DNA of 64,000 bases from an uncultured Acidobacteriota bacterium (GCA_963724125.1 CAVRTJ010000034.1:18237-82236), one strand, 5' to 3'; numbered from the stretch's first letter, positions 19,855-30,257 are shown. Made by a program: numbers and translations. Notes: generated by a model not told the origin, from the letters alone.

Positions 19855-21821
19855 CAGCGCCGCGAGGGTCGCACGCCCCGTCTCCCGCTGTTCTTGACCA
19901 GCAGAATGTGGGCGGGCTGCTTCTGCGGGGCCAGTTCGACGAAGTTCCTCGCCCCGTTCCAGGCGTAGGTCTCCCCGCCCAGCAGGTCCTCCACGCTGAA
20001 TGCCGCCCCGTCGACCGCCAGGTCCTCGAGCTTCAGGTTCGTCCATCCCGACTGTCGATTGCGCGGATCGAGGTTCACCACCGTCAGGATGACGTTCGTC
20101 CCGTCCTCGGTGCGCTTGCTGTAGGCGAGGAGCTGGGGATTGTCGGTGTCGTGAAAGACCAGGCCGTCGTTGGCCTGCAGGGCGGGGTTGTCCCGCCGGA
20201 TGCCGTTCACCCTTGCGATCAGCTCCCGCAGGCTGTCCGGGCGGTCCCTGTCCCAGTGCCTGATCTCGTATTTCTCCGAGTTCCGGTATTCTTCGCTCCC
20301 CGGCCGCCGCGGCGTGCCGACGCAGAGCTCGAACGCGGGACCGTAAATGCCGTAACTGGCGCCCAGGGTGGCCGCGAGCACAAGCCTGACGGCGAACGCG
20401 GGCCGGCCGCCCGTCTGCAGGTATTCGTGGAGAATGTCCGGCGTGTTCGCGAAGAAGTTGGGCCTGAAGAAATCCCTGACCGGCGGGCGGGTCAGTTCGG
20501 TCAGGTACTCCCTGAGTTCCCACCCCTGGTTTCGCCACGTGAAGTAGGTGTAGGACTGCGTGAATCCGATCATGGCCAGATGATACATCACCTTCGGACG
20601 CGTGAAGGCTTCCGACAGGAAGATCGTGCCCGGATGCGCGCGCTTGATGCCCCCGATGCACCATTCCCAGAATCGAAAGGCCTTCGTGTGCGGGTTGTCC
20701 ACGCGGAAGATCCCTACCCCGTTGTCGATCCAGAACTCGAACACGCTCCTGAGTTCCTTCCAGAGCGCTTTCCAGTCCCGGCATTCCAGGTCCAGGGGGT
20801 AGATGTCCTCGTACTTCTTAGGTGGGTTCTCGGCGAAGCGGATCGACCCGTCCGGCCGGCTCTTGAACCAGTCCGGATGATCCTTGACGTACGGGTGGTC
20901 CGGTGAGCACTGGAATGCCACGTCCAGGGCGATCTCCAATCCGTGCTCGCGCGCCGCTTCCACCAGCGTCCTGAAATCTTCGAGCGTGCCCAGCTCCGGA
21001 TGGATCGCCTTGAATCCGCCGAGTTCGCTCCCGATGGCCCACGGGCTGCCCGGGTCTCCGGGGCGGCACTCGAGGGCGTTGTTCGCCCCCTTCCTGTTCG
21101 TGACGCCTATGGGGTGAATGGGGGGCAGGTACAGCACGTCGAAGCCCATGGATGCGACGTAGGGAAGGACGTCCACACAATCCATGAAGGTCCCGTGCCT
21201 GCCGGGTTTGGAGGAACACGACCGCGGAAACATTTCGTACCAGGAGCCGAAACGGGCCCGCGGCCTGTCGACGGTTGCGCGAAGAACGCGCGGATAAACG
21301 GACGCGTTTTTCCGCTCGTCGAGCGACAACATGAGGCCCGCCGTACGGGGCTCCGCCGCCCTCTCGAAGCGCTTTTCCGGGGCCGCATCGCCCGTCATGA
21401 AATCCGCGATCGTCTCCAGATATTTACGGTCCGGTGCCGAGGCCCGTCCCGACGCTTCGCGCAGAAGGGAGGCGCCCTCGAGGAACTCCGGATCGACGTC
21501 CATGCCCGCCTCGATCTTCTTTGCCGTGTGGCCGCACCACGTCCGGAAGCGGTCGATCCAGGCGAGGACCGTGTATTCGTAGGGAGCCAGTTCCGTGACC
21601 TGAAAACGTCCGGTCCACCGGTCGTTCACAATCGGCTCCATCCGAACCTCGGTCCACTTTCTCCGTCCCCTGCGCCTGTACCGGAGCAGGCACGTGATGA
21701 CGTCGTATCCGTCGGCGAACACGTCCGCCTCCACGACCATCCACTCGCCCACCACGCGCTTGGCCGGATAGAGCCCCCCTTCGACCTCGGGGCTGACGTT
21801 CTTGATGACGACCCTCTTCAT
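19854..21821 (-). CDS. glgE: Alpha-1,4-glucan:maltose-1-phosphate maltosyltransferase
   Basis: N-terminus MKRVVIKNVSPEVEGGLYPAKRVVGE and the GH13-like core (FGSWYEMFPRS, GFDVLYLPPIHPIG, GIFRVDNPHTK) match GlgE. Start at the ATG at 21821 with a GGAAGA SD-like element. Confidence 0.85.
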   Translation of the reverse strand: MKRVVIKNVSPEVEGGLYPAKRVVGEWMVVEADVFADGYDVITCLLRYRRRGRRKWTEVRMEPIVNDRWTGRFQVTELAPYEYTVLAWIDRFRTWCGHTAKKIEAGMDVDPEFLEGASLLREASGRASAPDRKYLETIADFMTGDAAPEKRFERAAEPRTAGLMLSLDERKNASVYPRVLRATVDRPRARFGSWYEMFPRSCSSKPGRHGTFMDCVDVLPYVASMGFDVLYLPPIHPIGVTNRKGANNALECRPGDPGSPWAIGSELGGFKAIHPELGTLEDFRTLVEAAREHGLEIALDVAFQCSPDHPYVKDHPDWFKSRPDGSIRFAENPPKKYEDIYPLDLECRDWKALWKELRSVFEFWIDNGVGIFRVDNPHTKAFRFWEWCIGGIKRAHPGTIFLSEAFTRPKVMYHLAMIGFTQSYTYFTWRNQGWELREYLTELTRPPVRDFFRPNFFANTPDILHEYLQTGGRPAFAVRLVLAATLGASYGIYGPAFELCVGTPRRPGSEEYRNSEKYEIRHWDRDRPDSLRELIARVNGIRRDNPALQANDGLVFHDTDNPQLLAYSKRTEDGTNVILTVVNLDPRNRQSGWTNLKLEDLAVDGAAFSVEDLLGGETYAWNGARNFVELAPQKQPAHILLVKNSGRRGVRPSRR

Positions 21822-22149
21822 AGCGTCTTCCATTGCCGGTTTCTCCGATGAGGTGTTCCCGGCCGGTCTTTTCCGGCCATCCGGCCGCCCGCCGCCCTCC
21901 GACCAGTGAAAACGCCGCCGCATGGGGGGAATTCCGCCGTTGCGGCCTCCGGGGAGCCGCGGCTCTCAACCTTGCCCCTCCGAACCTTCCGCCAGACGGG
22001 TGTTAGGGCTTGTCTACCGTTGGAGTCTAACCGCGCGCTTCTTTTCCTGTCAATCGCGAGCCGCGGAATCCAGGGCCGCTCCGTTCGTGGACTGCGCCCG
22101 GACGCGCCCCGTTCGGCCGCAGCCGGAGCCCAGGGGCTTCCGCAACGGC

Positions 22150-23913
22150 CTATTCGCCGTGAGCCGGCGGCTCGAGCTTGCCCTCCGCGACGTAGGCCAG
22201 GGTCATTTTTCTGACCACGCCGGTGAGCAGCAGGATCGCGATGAGGTTGGGAACGGCCATGAAAGCGAGCGCGATGTCGCTGAAGGTCCACACCAGCTCG
22301 AGCGAATAGACCGCGCCGATGAACTGCATGGCGCAGAATAGAATTCTGTACGGCAGTATCCAGCGGTCGCCGAAGAGATACTGCGTGGCCCTGTCGCCGT
22401 AATAGGAGGCGCTGATGGCCGTCGACAGGGCGAAGAGAAAGACCGCGATGGTCACCAGGAAATTGCCGTGATTGCCCGCCAGGCGACCGAGCCCCTTCTG
22501 GAAGGCCCAGGAGGTCAGCGGGGACCCGTTCTGCAGGGCCTTGCCCTCGATCCAGACCCGGGAGGCGTCCACGCGACGGCCCTTTTCGTTCCGGAAGGCG
22601 GACAGGGCGAAATCCCCTTGGGCGTCCGCCGGTATCCTGACCGTCCCCGTGAACGGTGCGGAACCCGAGGTATCGAGCCCATGCGCTCCGACGAGGATCT
22701 TCATGCCGTCGACGGTGCCGTTTTCCCTGACGAGGCCGAAGCCCACCGGCCGCCCGGCCGCCACCTTGAAAGTGCCCGATGCTATGTCTCCCCGCCTGAC
22801 GACGCCGTCCCTGTGCACGGTGGCCCCGGCGACGACGGCCGTGAGAGAGGATTGTTCGGTCACGGCCAGTTTCTGCGCCTGCTTCTGGGTCCAGACGCCC
22901 GTCGTCAGTATGACCAGTCCCGTAATGGTGCACACCACCAATGTATCGACGAAGGGGCCGAGCATCGCCACGACGCCTTCCCGCACGGGCTCGTCCGTCC
23001 TGGCCGCGGCGTGGACGATGGGCGCCGACCCGAGGCCGGACTCGTTGGAAAACAGTCCCCGCTTGACGCCCCAGGTCAGCAGAAAGACGAAACCTCCGCC
23101 GGCGAACCCTCCGACCTCTGCGGCCGGCCGGAAGGCCGACACCACGATCAGCCTGAGCGTGGGTAGGATCTGGCCGGCGTTGAGCACGAGCACGGCCAAC
23201 CCCGCTACGACGTAGAGGAGGCACATGAAAGGGACAAGCTTCGAGGTGACCTTGCCTATGCGGCGGATCCCGCCGAGAATGACCGCCGCGACCAGGACCG
23301 TCATGACCAGACCGGTGAGAATGGTGGGAATCCTGAGATCCTGGCGGAACTGGTCGGCGACCGTGAAGGATTGGACCGCATCCCCCATACCCAGGGGCGT
23401 GATGGCCGTGGCCACGGCGAAAGCAACTGCCATGGGCTTCCAGTTCTTACCCAGACCTCTCTCGATGTAGTACATGGGACCGCCCGAGGCCTCCCCCTTG
23501 GGGGATATCTTCCTGAAGCGCTGGGCGAGGGTACACTCCGTGAACTTCAGCGCCATGCCGAGAACGGCCGTCACCCACATCCAGAAGAGCGTACCGGGAC
23601 CGCCGTAGTGAATCGCGGTCGCCACACCCGCGATATTGGCGATGCCGATGGTCGCGGACAGAGCCGTGGAGAGAGCCTGGAAGTGCGTCAGGTCGCCCTC
23701 GTGGTGAGGGTCGTCGTAGTCGCCCTTCAGGACCCGGATCCCGTGCCAGAAGCGCCTGATCTGGATGCCGCGCAGCCTTATGGTCGTGATGATGCCCGTG
23801 CCGACGAGAAGCAGAACCATGAGGGGCATGGCGGAGGGCCAATCCCACACGTAGCGGTTCAGGCCGAAAAGGAACGTCTTCAGAGCGTCGATCAGACCAG
23901 CAAATACGGGCAC
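22150..23913 (-). CDS. Alanine/glycine:cation symporter (AGCS family) with an unusual ~140-aa hydrophilic insertion
   Basis: Multi-pass membrane protein with AGCS-family conserved segments (GGPGTLFWMWVTA, ESGLGSAPIVHAAA). Residues ~341-480 (nt ~22476-22893) form a non-hydrophobic inserted domain. Confidence 0.85.
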   Translation of the reverse strand: MPVFAGLIDALKTFLFGLNRYVWDWPSAMPLMVLLLVGTGIITTIRLRGIQIRRFWHGIRVLKGDYDDPHHEGDLTHFQALSTALSATIGIANIAGVATAIHYGGPGTLFWMWVTAVLGMALKFTECTLAQRFRKISPKGEASGGPMYYIERGLGKNWKPMAVAFAVATAITPLGMGDAVQSFTVADQFRQDLRIPTILTGLVMTVLVAAVILGGIRRIGKVTSKLVPFMCLLYVVAGLAVLVLNAGQILPTLRLIVVSAFRPAAEVGGFAGGGFVFLLTWGVKRGLFSNESGLGSAPIVHAAARTDEPVREGVVAMLGPFVDTLVVCTITGLVILTTGVWTQKQAQKLAVTEQSSLTAVVAGATVHRDGVVRRGDIASGTFKVAAGRPVGFGLVRENGTVDGMKILVGAHGLDTSGSAPFTGTVRIPADAQGDFALSAFRNEKGRRVDASRVWIEGKALQNGSPLTSWAFQKGLGRLAGNHGNFLVTIAVFLFALSTAISASYYGDRATQYLFGDRWILPYRILFCAMQFIGAVYSLELVWTFSDIALAFMAVPNLIAILLLTGVVRKMTLAYVAEGKLEPPAHGE

Positions 23914-24058
23914 GGCACCTCGCGGCGTTGCTTAATTGACTGGGCGACTCGACGGAGCCGTTGTGAACGTTGAATTGTAATTATGAGCCGGATCGGGAGT
24001 GCCTGTCAAATATGCTTTTCAAAGGCGTTCTGCATCTGGGATTGAGCCGGCGCAAGCC

Positions 24059-24817
24059 TTACGAGCGATCGGACTTCTTGAAGACCGTCACGATACCGAG
24101 CGGCTCGCCCTTTTCGTTCCGGATCGCGCCGATGCTGCACCCGATCGTCAGTATCCGCCTGTTCCGCCTCAGCTTGTACCACTGGAAGCCGAATCCGATG
24201 GCCTCTTCCTTGAGATAGCGGGCCCAGTAGTTCTCGACCGGCTCGCACGTCTCGCTGTCCAGCAGGGGTATGACCTGCTGTATGTCCTGGCCCACGGCCT
24301 GTTCGTGGCGCCACCCCGTGAGAGCTTCCGCCATCGCGCTCATGAACTTCACCCGCCCCCGCGTATCGGTCGCGATGACGGCCTCTGAGATGCTCCGCAG
24401 CGTGGCCATAAGCCACTGCTGGCTTTCGATCAGCTTCCTCGCGAAGGCGTGCCTGTCGAGGGCCACCTCGATGGCCGCCTGCAGGTCCCTGTCTCTTATG
24501 GGCTTGTACACATAGCCGTAAAGGGCCGCGCCCTTGCTCTTCTTGAGGATCTTCTCGTCCGTGTGCGCCGTCATGTAGATGACGGGGATGTCGTTGCGGG
24601 ACATGATCTGTTCGGCCGCTGTGATGCCGTCCATGAGGCCCGCGAGGACGATGTCCATAATCACCAGGGCGGGGCCGAGTTCACCCGCTCTCCTGACGGC
24701 CTCCTCGCCCGTGGTCACGTGCCCGGCCACCGTGTAGCCCAATCTGTTGAGCGTCTCCACGATCAGCTTGGCGCTGAGCTTGTCGTCTTCCACGACGAGA
24801 ATGGAACAGGGCGTCAT
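24059..24817 (-). CDS. Response regulator receiver domain fused to a PAS domain
   Basis: Receiver signature (ILVVEDD...ALVIMDIVLAGLMDG...YVYKP) followed by a PAS-like segment (LRSISEAVIATDTRGRVKFMSAMAEALTGW). Start placed at the internal ATG (MTPCSILVV). Confidence 0.75.
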   Translation of the reverse strand: MTPCSILVVEDDKLSAKLIVETLNRLGYTVAGHVTTGEEAVRRAGELGPALVIMDIVLAGLMDGITAAEQIMSRNDIPVIYMTAHTDEKILKKSKGAALYGYVYKPIRDRDLQAAIEVALDRHAFARKLIESQQWLMATLRSISEAVIATDTRGRVKFMSAMAEALTGWRHEQAVGQDIQQVIPLLDSETCEPVENYWARYLKEEAIGFGFQWYKLRRNRRILTIGCSIGAIRNEKGEPLGIVTVFKKSDRS

Positions 24818-25016
24818 GCTCGTTCTCCATTTCTGCCAGTGGAGGCAGGGCAATAGGGTGATCGACCTGATGGCATACTCTGGAATCTATTATAACCCCT
24901 TCTTAGAAAAACACGAAATGCAGTTCTACCGCCCGGCCCGGGCGGGGGCCGGCGGGGCCGCCCCCTGGACGGACCGTCTGTGCGTGGCGCGGAATGGTTC
25001 GGACGAGGGGGGGTGC

Positions 25017-27841
25017 TCAGCTGCCGAGGATCCGGGCCACGAGAAGGGTCATGTCGTCGGTCTGTGGGGCGTCCTCCATGAACGCCTGCACGTCCTGGAA
25101 CACGGCTCGCCGGAGCGCCTCGGCCGTCCCGCCGCTCAGGGTCGCCAGAACGCCCGTAAGTCGTGCCTCTCCGTATTCCTCCCCACTGGGGCTCTGTGCT
25201 TCCGTGATCCCGTCGGTGAAGACGACAAGGGTATCTCCGGGCTGCAGGGGCAGGACCGCCTTCGAGTATTCCGCCTGCGGCGACACGCCGAGTACCATCC
25301 CGGTAGGCTTTAGCCGGTGTACTTCGTAGGTGGTTTCGGCCTCGCCGTCAACTTTCAGCGCCTCGCCTCCCAGGCTCCTGGCCTCGACGGGCCTGAGCAA
25401 CATGGGGGGATTGTGGCCCGCGTTGACGTAGGTGAGCGTCCTCGCAAGCCCGTCGTAAAGTCCGAAGAAGAAGGTGGCGAAACGGTTGGTGTCCGTGATC
25501 TCGCACAGCAGCCGGTTGATGTCCTGCGCCAGCAGGTCCACGTTGTCCCCGTGCACGTCGGCATGGATTCGGAGCATGGTCTGCAGGCTCGCCATGAGGA
25601 GCGCAGCCGGCACGCCTTTTCCGCATACGTCGCCCACCGCCATCCCCAGGCGTTCCGGCCCGACCCGGATGAAGTCGTAGCTGTCTCCTCCGACGCCCCG
25701 GGCCGGCATGCAGGCGCCGACATAGTCCAGGCCGGCTATCTCCGGAGGGTTCTGCGGCAAGAGTCTCGTTTGCACGTTCCTCGCGATGGCGATGTCGTGC
25801 CGGAGCTTGAGCTGCTCGGCCTCCTGCTGGATCGAGGCCGCATAGGCCAGAGTGGATGCCAGTTGCCGTCCGACGCCGAGAAGCAGGTCCTTGTCTTCCC
25901 GGGTGTACGGTTCCTCGGATCTCTTTTCGCCCAGGGTCAGAAAGCCTATCAGGCGCCTGTGCGCGACGAGAGGGACAAGCAGGCTGGCGTTGTAGCGTCT
26001 GAACAGATCTCTTTCGGTCGAGGGCTCGGGGTGGTAGCTGCGGAGGAACCTCGGTCCGTTCTCCTTCCCGTCCGGGTCATGGGGAGCGACGCCCAATACG
26101 CAGGGCGTGGAGTCGGCCATAGCCTCCAGGCGGCGGCCCGTCTGCGATTCCGCCGGCAGGATTTCGGGCGCGCATTCTCCGGCGACACCGTCTATATCTT
26201 CGTCGTCCGACCTCAGGTGCCGCCAGAAGCAGACGAAGTCGTCCGTGGGGCCTTCCAGCCGGCCCAGAACCCGGCGCTCGTGCTCGCTTTTGCCGGGCAG
26301 TCTGACGATTTCCGTACCGCGGACAAAGACACCTATCTGGTCCGGGTGCAAAGAGTCCATGATTTTGCTCGCCGCCATCTGGACGACCCATCCGGGACGC
26401 GTGGCGAAGCGTTCGAGATTCTGCCCCAGGTCCATAAGTATGCGACGGGCGTCGTAAGCCTCTCTGAAAAAGCGCCTGTCGAGGGCCTGCATGACAGCCT
26501 TGTTCATCCGCCGCAGGATGAGCACGAAGACCATCGTGACCAGGGCCGTGGCCAGGGCCAGCGCCCCGGTGTGCTCGGAAGCGTGGAGGTTCGCCGAGAA
26601 TGGGGTCCGCCAGATAGAAGATCGCCAGAGAACAGCCCCGCGCCTTCAAGAAACAGGAACCCCCTGGAAAGAAAGGCGTACTGGAGTCCCCTTCTCAGGA
26701 TCAGACGAACGCCTAACACTCTGTGCCGGACAACGGCGTATGCGAAACATACGGGGAAGAGCGCCACGCCCGTTCCGGCCGCGAGGTAGGCCCACTCGGG
26801 AATCGCGACCGACCCTGAGTACGACCCGGCAGGAATAGAGTATGAGCGCCGGCAGGATGCCGAGCGACCCCGCCAGGAGTATGACCAGCCTTCTCCTTTC
26901 GTCCTGCGCGGCCGCCCTGGCGGACATTGAAGGATAAGCGAAACGAAGCCGAGCGCAAACAAGGCGATGAAGACCACGTCGAGTATTATGTCCAGCCAGC
27001 CCAGGGAGGCATCGAGAGCGTGAGAGGCGGCGAAGGATAGTCCCTGGCTGTAGGCCCACATGATGTTCCAGACGGCGAAGACAAAGGGGAAAACCACAAG
27101 GCGGCTCTTGAGTCGCGGAAATCGGCGGTCTATGGGGGAGGGCGAAGGGTAGACCAGGAAGAAACGCATGAAAAGGTACGACCAGAAGGAAAACAGCGTG
27201 GCAGCGACGACCAGGTTTACCTCTCTCAGCCCAGCCGGAAATGAAGCGTAAGCTCCGGCCGGTGAAGCGTTTGCGAATGCGAAGAACAGGAGGGCCGCGA
27301 AAAAGGCCTTCTCGTCCTCGAGTTTCGCCAGTCCGATGAACACTCCGGTCAGGAGGCACAGAAGGGGCAGTCCGACGCGGAGGGCAAGCGATCCGAGAGG
27401 CACGCCCCGGGGTTGTTCGAGGCGGCAGGGCGGAACCTCGACCCTCAGGGCCTGGGTCCGCCCATCCTCCGCATCACGCTCTATCAGCGCCTGCCAGGGC
27501 TTGGCAAAATCAAGTTCCCGCCGCACCGCGAACAGATCGAAGAGGCCCTGAACCTGGACTATCCTCCCGTCGCCGTCCCAGACGGCCACAATTCGATCCC
27601 CTTTTCGAAGACCCGCTTCAAAGGCCGGCGAGGGCACACCCCGGGGGCCGGCCTCCCTCACGGACGACACCGTCAGGGCGTCTCCCGACGTATTCAGAGC
27701 CATGCCGACATCCACGAAGGAAGGCGACGACCGGCTCTTGAGGACGAAGTTGAATTCGAGACCTTGAAAAAGGAGGATGATGCCGGAGAGTACAGCTATA
27801 CACCAGAACCTTCGACTTCGGGCATAGTCAGCAAGGCGCAT
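25017..27841 (-). CDS. Membrane sensor phosphatase: N-terminal multi-pass membrane region, GAF domain, PP2C (SpoIIE/RsbU-type) serine phosphatase; several apparent frameshifts between ~26535 and ~26960
   Basis: The 25017-26534 part is intact and shows GAF and PP2C motifs (GVGGDSYDF, GDVCGKGVPAAL, TDGITEA). Upstream 26504-27841 encodes a hydrophobic multi-helix region whose sense jumps between three frames (for example the helix RRLVILLAGSLGILPALILY is in the frame of ORF 26646-27359). Treating this as one gene is an inference. Confidence 0.65.
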
Positions 27842-28135
27842 CCGTACCCCGCCTTCCCCCGGCGGGCAGGCCGCGGATCCCCTTGAACATTACTCTTAGG
27901 TGGTCCTCCCGCGGTGTCCGAGACGGACCCGCGCGGGAAGGGACGACGCACATCACGTTGCAAATGACGACCACGCTCTATCAAACGCAGGCGGATCGCC
28001 TTTTGTTTCATTCTTTTACTTTTACTTCAGGTTACGCCGATGCGCCGGAGGAAGCCTGAAGAAGTGCGCCCGCCTGGACCGGCATCCTCTTTGCGGCGGG
28101 GTCCCGGCCCCGGGGAGAACGGCGCAATTCGCGCG

Positions 28136-28576
28136 TCACCGGTCCAGATCCTCCAGGATTTCGACCGCGGAGGCGACGAAATGAGGGCACACGGAGCCGA
28201 AGATCCCGTGCTCCCTGGCGGCCTGGTAGTCCACCGGGTCCTTCAGGTCATATCCGATCAGTTTTCGGCATACCACCGAACCGTGGCGCGCCTTGAATCT
28301 CTCCTGGAAAATCCGTGCGGCGTCGTAGGTTTTGTCGCGCGAGACCTCCTTGCCTTCAGAAGGGTCCGCGTGACGAAGTCCCGTCACCATGAGCGCCCCG
28401 CTCACGGCTCCGCACGTCTCTCCCAGCCGGCAGATTCCGGCGCCGAAGGCGCAGGCCACGCGGAGGGCGGCGTCGCGTTCGAGGCCCAATCCCGGTGCAA
28501 AGGCCGCCAGGACGGCCTGCGCACAGTTACAGCCGTTTTCGAAGTCCTGCACCGCTCTTTCGGACAGCGTACTCAT
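28136..28576 (-). CDS. C_GCAxxG_C_C family redox protein
   Basis: Signature NGCNCAQAVLAAF and CGAVSGA with conserved Cys pattern in a ~146-aa protein. Confidence 0.8.
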   Translation of the reverse strand: MSTLSERAVQDFENGCNCAQAVLAAFAPGLGLERDAALRVACAFGAGICRLGETCGAVSGALMVTGLRHADPSEGKEVSRDKTYDAARIFQERFKARHGSVVCRKLIGYDLKDPVDYQAAREHGIFGSVCPHFVASAVEILEDLDR

Positions 28577-28705
28577 GGGATGTGTCCCTCCCGGGACAGT
28601 CTAACGCCGGCCGGCGTCCGGGCGCACGGCCGAATACCTTCGGGATGGACGATGTTACTCTTAGGGACAGAGAAATGATGTTCCGTTACCCGGAGAGGGA
28701 GGCGA

Positions 28706-29131
28706 ATGATGGCGTCGAACATGGACGATCCGCTCGAGAAGAGCGACGAGGAGTGGAGACGGATACTCGGCCCGGAGGCCTTCGAGGTCTGCCGCCGGAA
28801 GGGTACCGAGCGGCCCTTCACCGGACGGTACTGGAATTTCTGGGAACCGGGCGCTTACCGGTGCGCCTGCTGCGGCAACGAGCTCTTTTCCTCGGAGACC
28901 AAGTTCGATGCGGGGTGCGGATGGCCGAGTTTCCGGGAGGCCCTTTCGCCGGACGCGGTCACGCTCACCCCGGACCTCAGTCACGGCATGCGGCGGACGG
29001 AGGTAACGTGCTCCCGGTGCGGCGCGCACCTCGGGCACGTTTTCGACGATGGCCCCGGGCCCTCCGGAACCCGCTACTGCATAAACTCCCTGTCCGTGCG
29101 TCATGAATCCGAGGAAGAAGGCGGGTCATGA
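28706..29131 (+). CDS. msrB: Peptide-methionine (R)-S-oxide reductase
   Basis: Near-canonical MsrB sequence: two CxxC zinc motifs (CACCGNELF, CSRCGAHLGHVF), GCGWPSF, RYCINS catalytic region. Confidence 0.9.
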   Translation: MMASNMDDPLEKSDEEWRRILGPEAFEVCRRKGTERPFTGRYWNFWEPGAYRCACCGNELFSSETKFDAGCGWPSFREALSPDAVTLTPDLSHGMRRTEVTCSRCGAHLGHVFDDGPGPSGTRYCINSLSVRHESEEEGGS

Positions 29132-29189
29132 GCCGGCGGGACTTTGATTCGCCTCGATTACCGGCCGGACGTAATCGTTAGGAGCAAGC

Positions 29190-30257
29190 ATGAAGTTTCG
29201 AATGAAACCCTTCAACGTGTTTCTGATTGTCCTGTTCGCTTCCATGGCGGGGCTGCTGCTCTGGAGCGGGGGGGCGGTCGGCGTCGGGAAGTCCGCGCCC
29301 GAGTTCCCAAAGGCCCGGTGGCTGAACAGTAAGCCCCTGACCACGAAAGAACTCAAGGGAAAGGTCGTGCTCGTGGATTTCTGGGAATACACGTGCATCA
29401 ACTGCATCCGGACGCTTCCGTACCTCAAGGAATGGAATAAGCGGTACGCCCCATACGGATTGGTCATAATCGGCGTTCACACCCCCGAGTTCGATTCTTC
29501 CGCCAAACCCGCCAACGTGGCGGCAGCCGTCAAGCGCTTCGGCATAACCTACCCCGTCCTTCTTGATGACCAATACAAGACATGGAACGCCTATGCGAAC
29601 CTCTACTGGCCCCGCGAGTACATGATCGACCGGAAGGGCATCATCCGGTACGACCACGTGGGCGAGGGCGAGTACGGCAGGACCGAGGCCGAAATCCAGA
29701 AACTGCTCCGCGAGGGGGGGACCTGCCCGGACATCCCCCTCATGAAACCCGTCCGGGCGATGGACAGCCCGGGCGCCGTCTGCTATCGCACGACCGCCGA
29801 GACCTACATCGGCTCGAAACGCGGACATCTGGCGAATACGGGCGGATACGGCGGTGCGAAAGTCAACCACTACATCGCTCCCGCCGGTCGCGCCCTCGGC
29901 GACGGCCTCCCGGCCCTCTCGGGATCATGGTCCACCTACCCGGAATACTGCGAATCGAAAAGCCCCTATTCTGCGCTTTACCTCCGCTACCATGCCGCAG
30001 GGTGCTACGTGGTCGCAGACGCCGGCGAGAAGAGGTCGGAAAGCACGATGGTCGTTCTGCTCGACGGAAAGCCCGTGCCGCAGGCCCTCAGAGGCAAAGA
30101 CGTCGTCGAGAGAGACGGCAAGACCGTGGTCCGGCTTGAAAGGACCCGCCTCTACCGCCTCGTGGACGGGAACGTCTTCGGACGGCACGTCGTCGAACTC
30201 CAGCCCGAGCCGGGCGCCAGGTTCTACTCCTTCACATTCGGGACCTGCACGCATTGA
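29190..30257 (+). CDS. Thioredoxin-fold thiol-disulfide oxidoreductase (TlpA/redoxin-like) with ~200-aa C-terminal extension
   Basis: Signal/anchor helix, then VVLVDFWEYTCINCIRTLPYL (WxxxCxxC active site) and a redoxin-like core; the C-terminal half is of unknown family. Directly downstream of msrB. Confidence 0.75.
   Translation: MKFRMKPFNVFLIVLFASMAGLLLWSGGAVGVGKSAPEFPKARWLNSKPLTTKELKGKVVLVDFWEYTCINCIRTLPYLKEWNKRYAPYGLVIIGVHTPEFDSSAKPANVAAAVKRFGITYPVLLDDQYKTWNAYANLYWPREYMIDRKGIIRYDHVGEGEYGRTEAEIQKLLREGGTCPDIPLMKPVRAMDSPGAVCYRTTAETYIGSKRGHLANTGGYGGAKVNHYIAPAGRALGDGLPALSGSWSTYPEYCESKSPYSALYLRYHAAGCYVVADAGEKRSESTMVVLLDGKPVPQALRGKDVVERDGKTVVRLERTRLYRLVDGNVFGRHVVELQPEPGARFYSFTFGTCTH

Noticed and set aside
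9680-20906. Many long plus-strand ORFs (for example 9680-11152, 12365-13741, 14290-16206, 17023-18984, 19812-20906) across the glucan operon
   Set aside because: All are antisense to well-conserved glycoside hydrolase or kinase genes and translate to low-complexity Arg/Gly/Val-rich sequence; high-GC artefacts.
21818-23224. 468-aa minus-strand ORF overlapping the symporter gene in another frame
   Set aside because: Extremely Arg/Gly-rich with no motifs; the overlapping frame encodes a clear multi-pass AGCS transporter.
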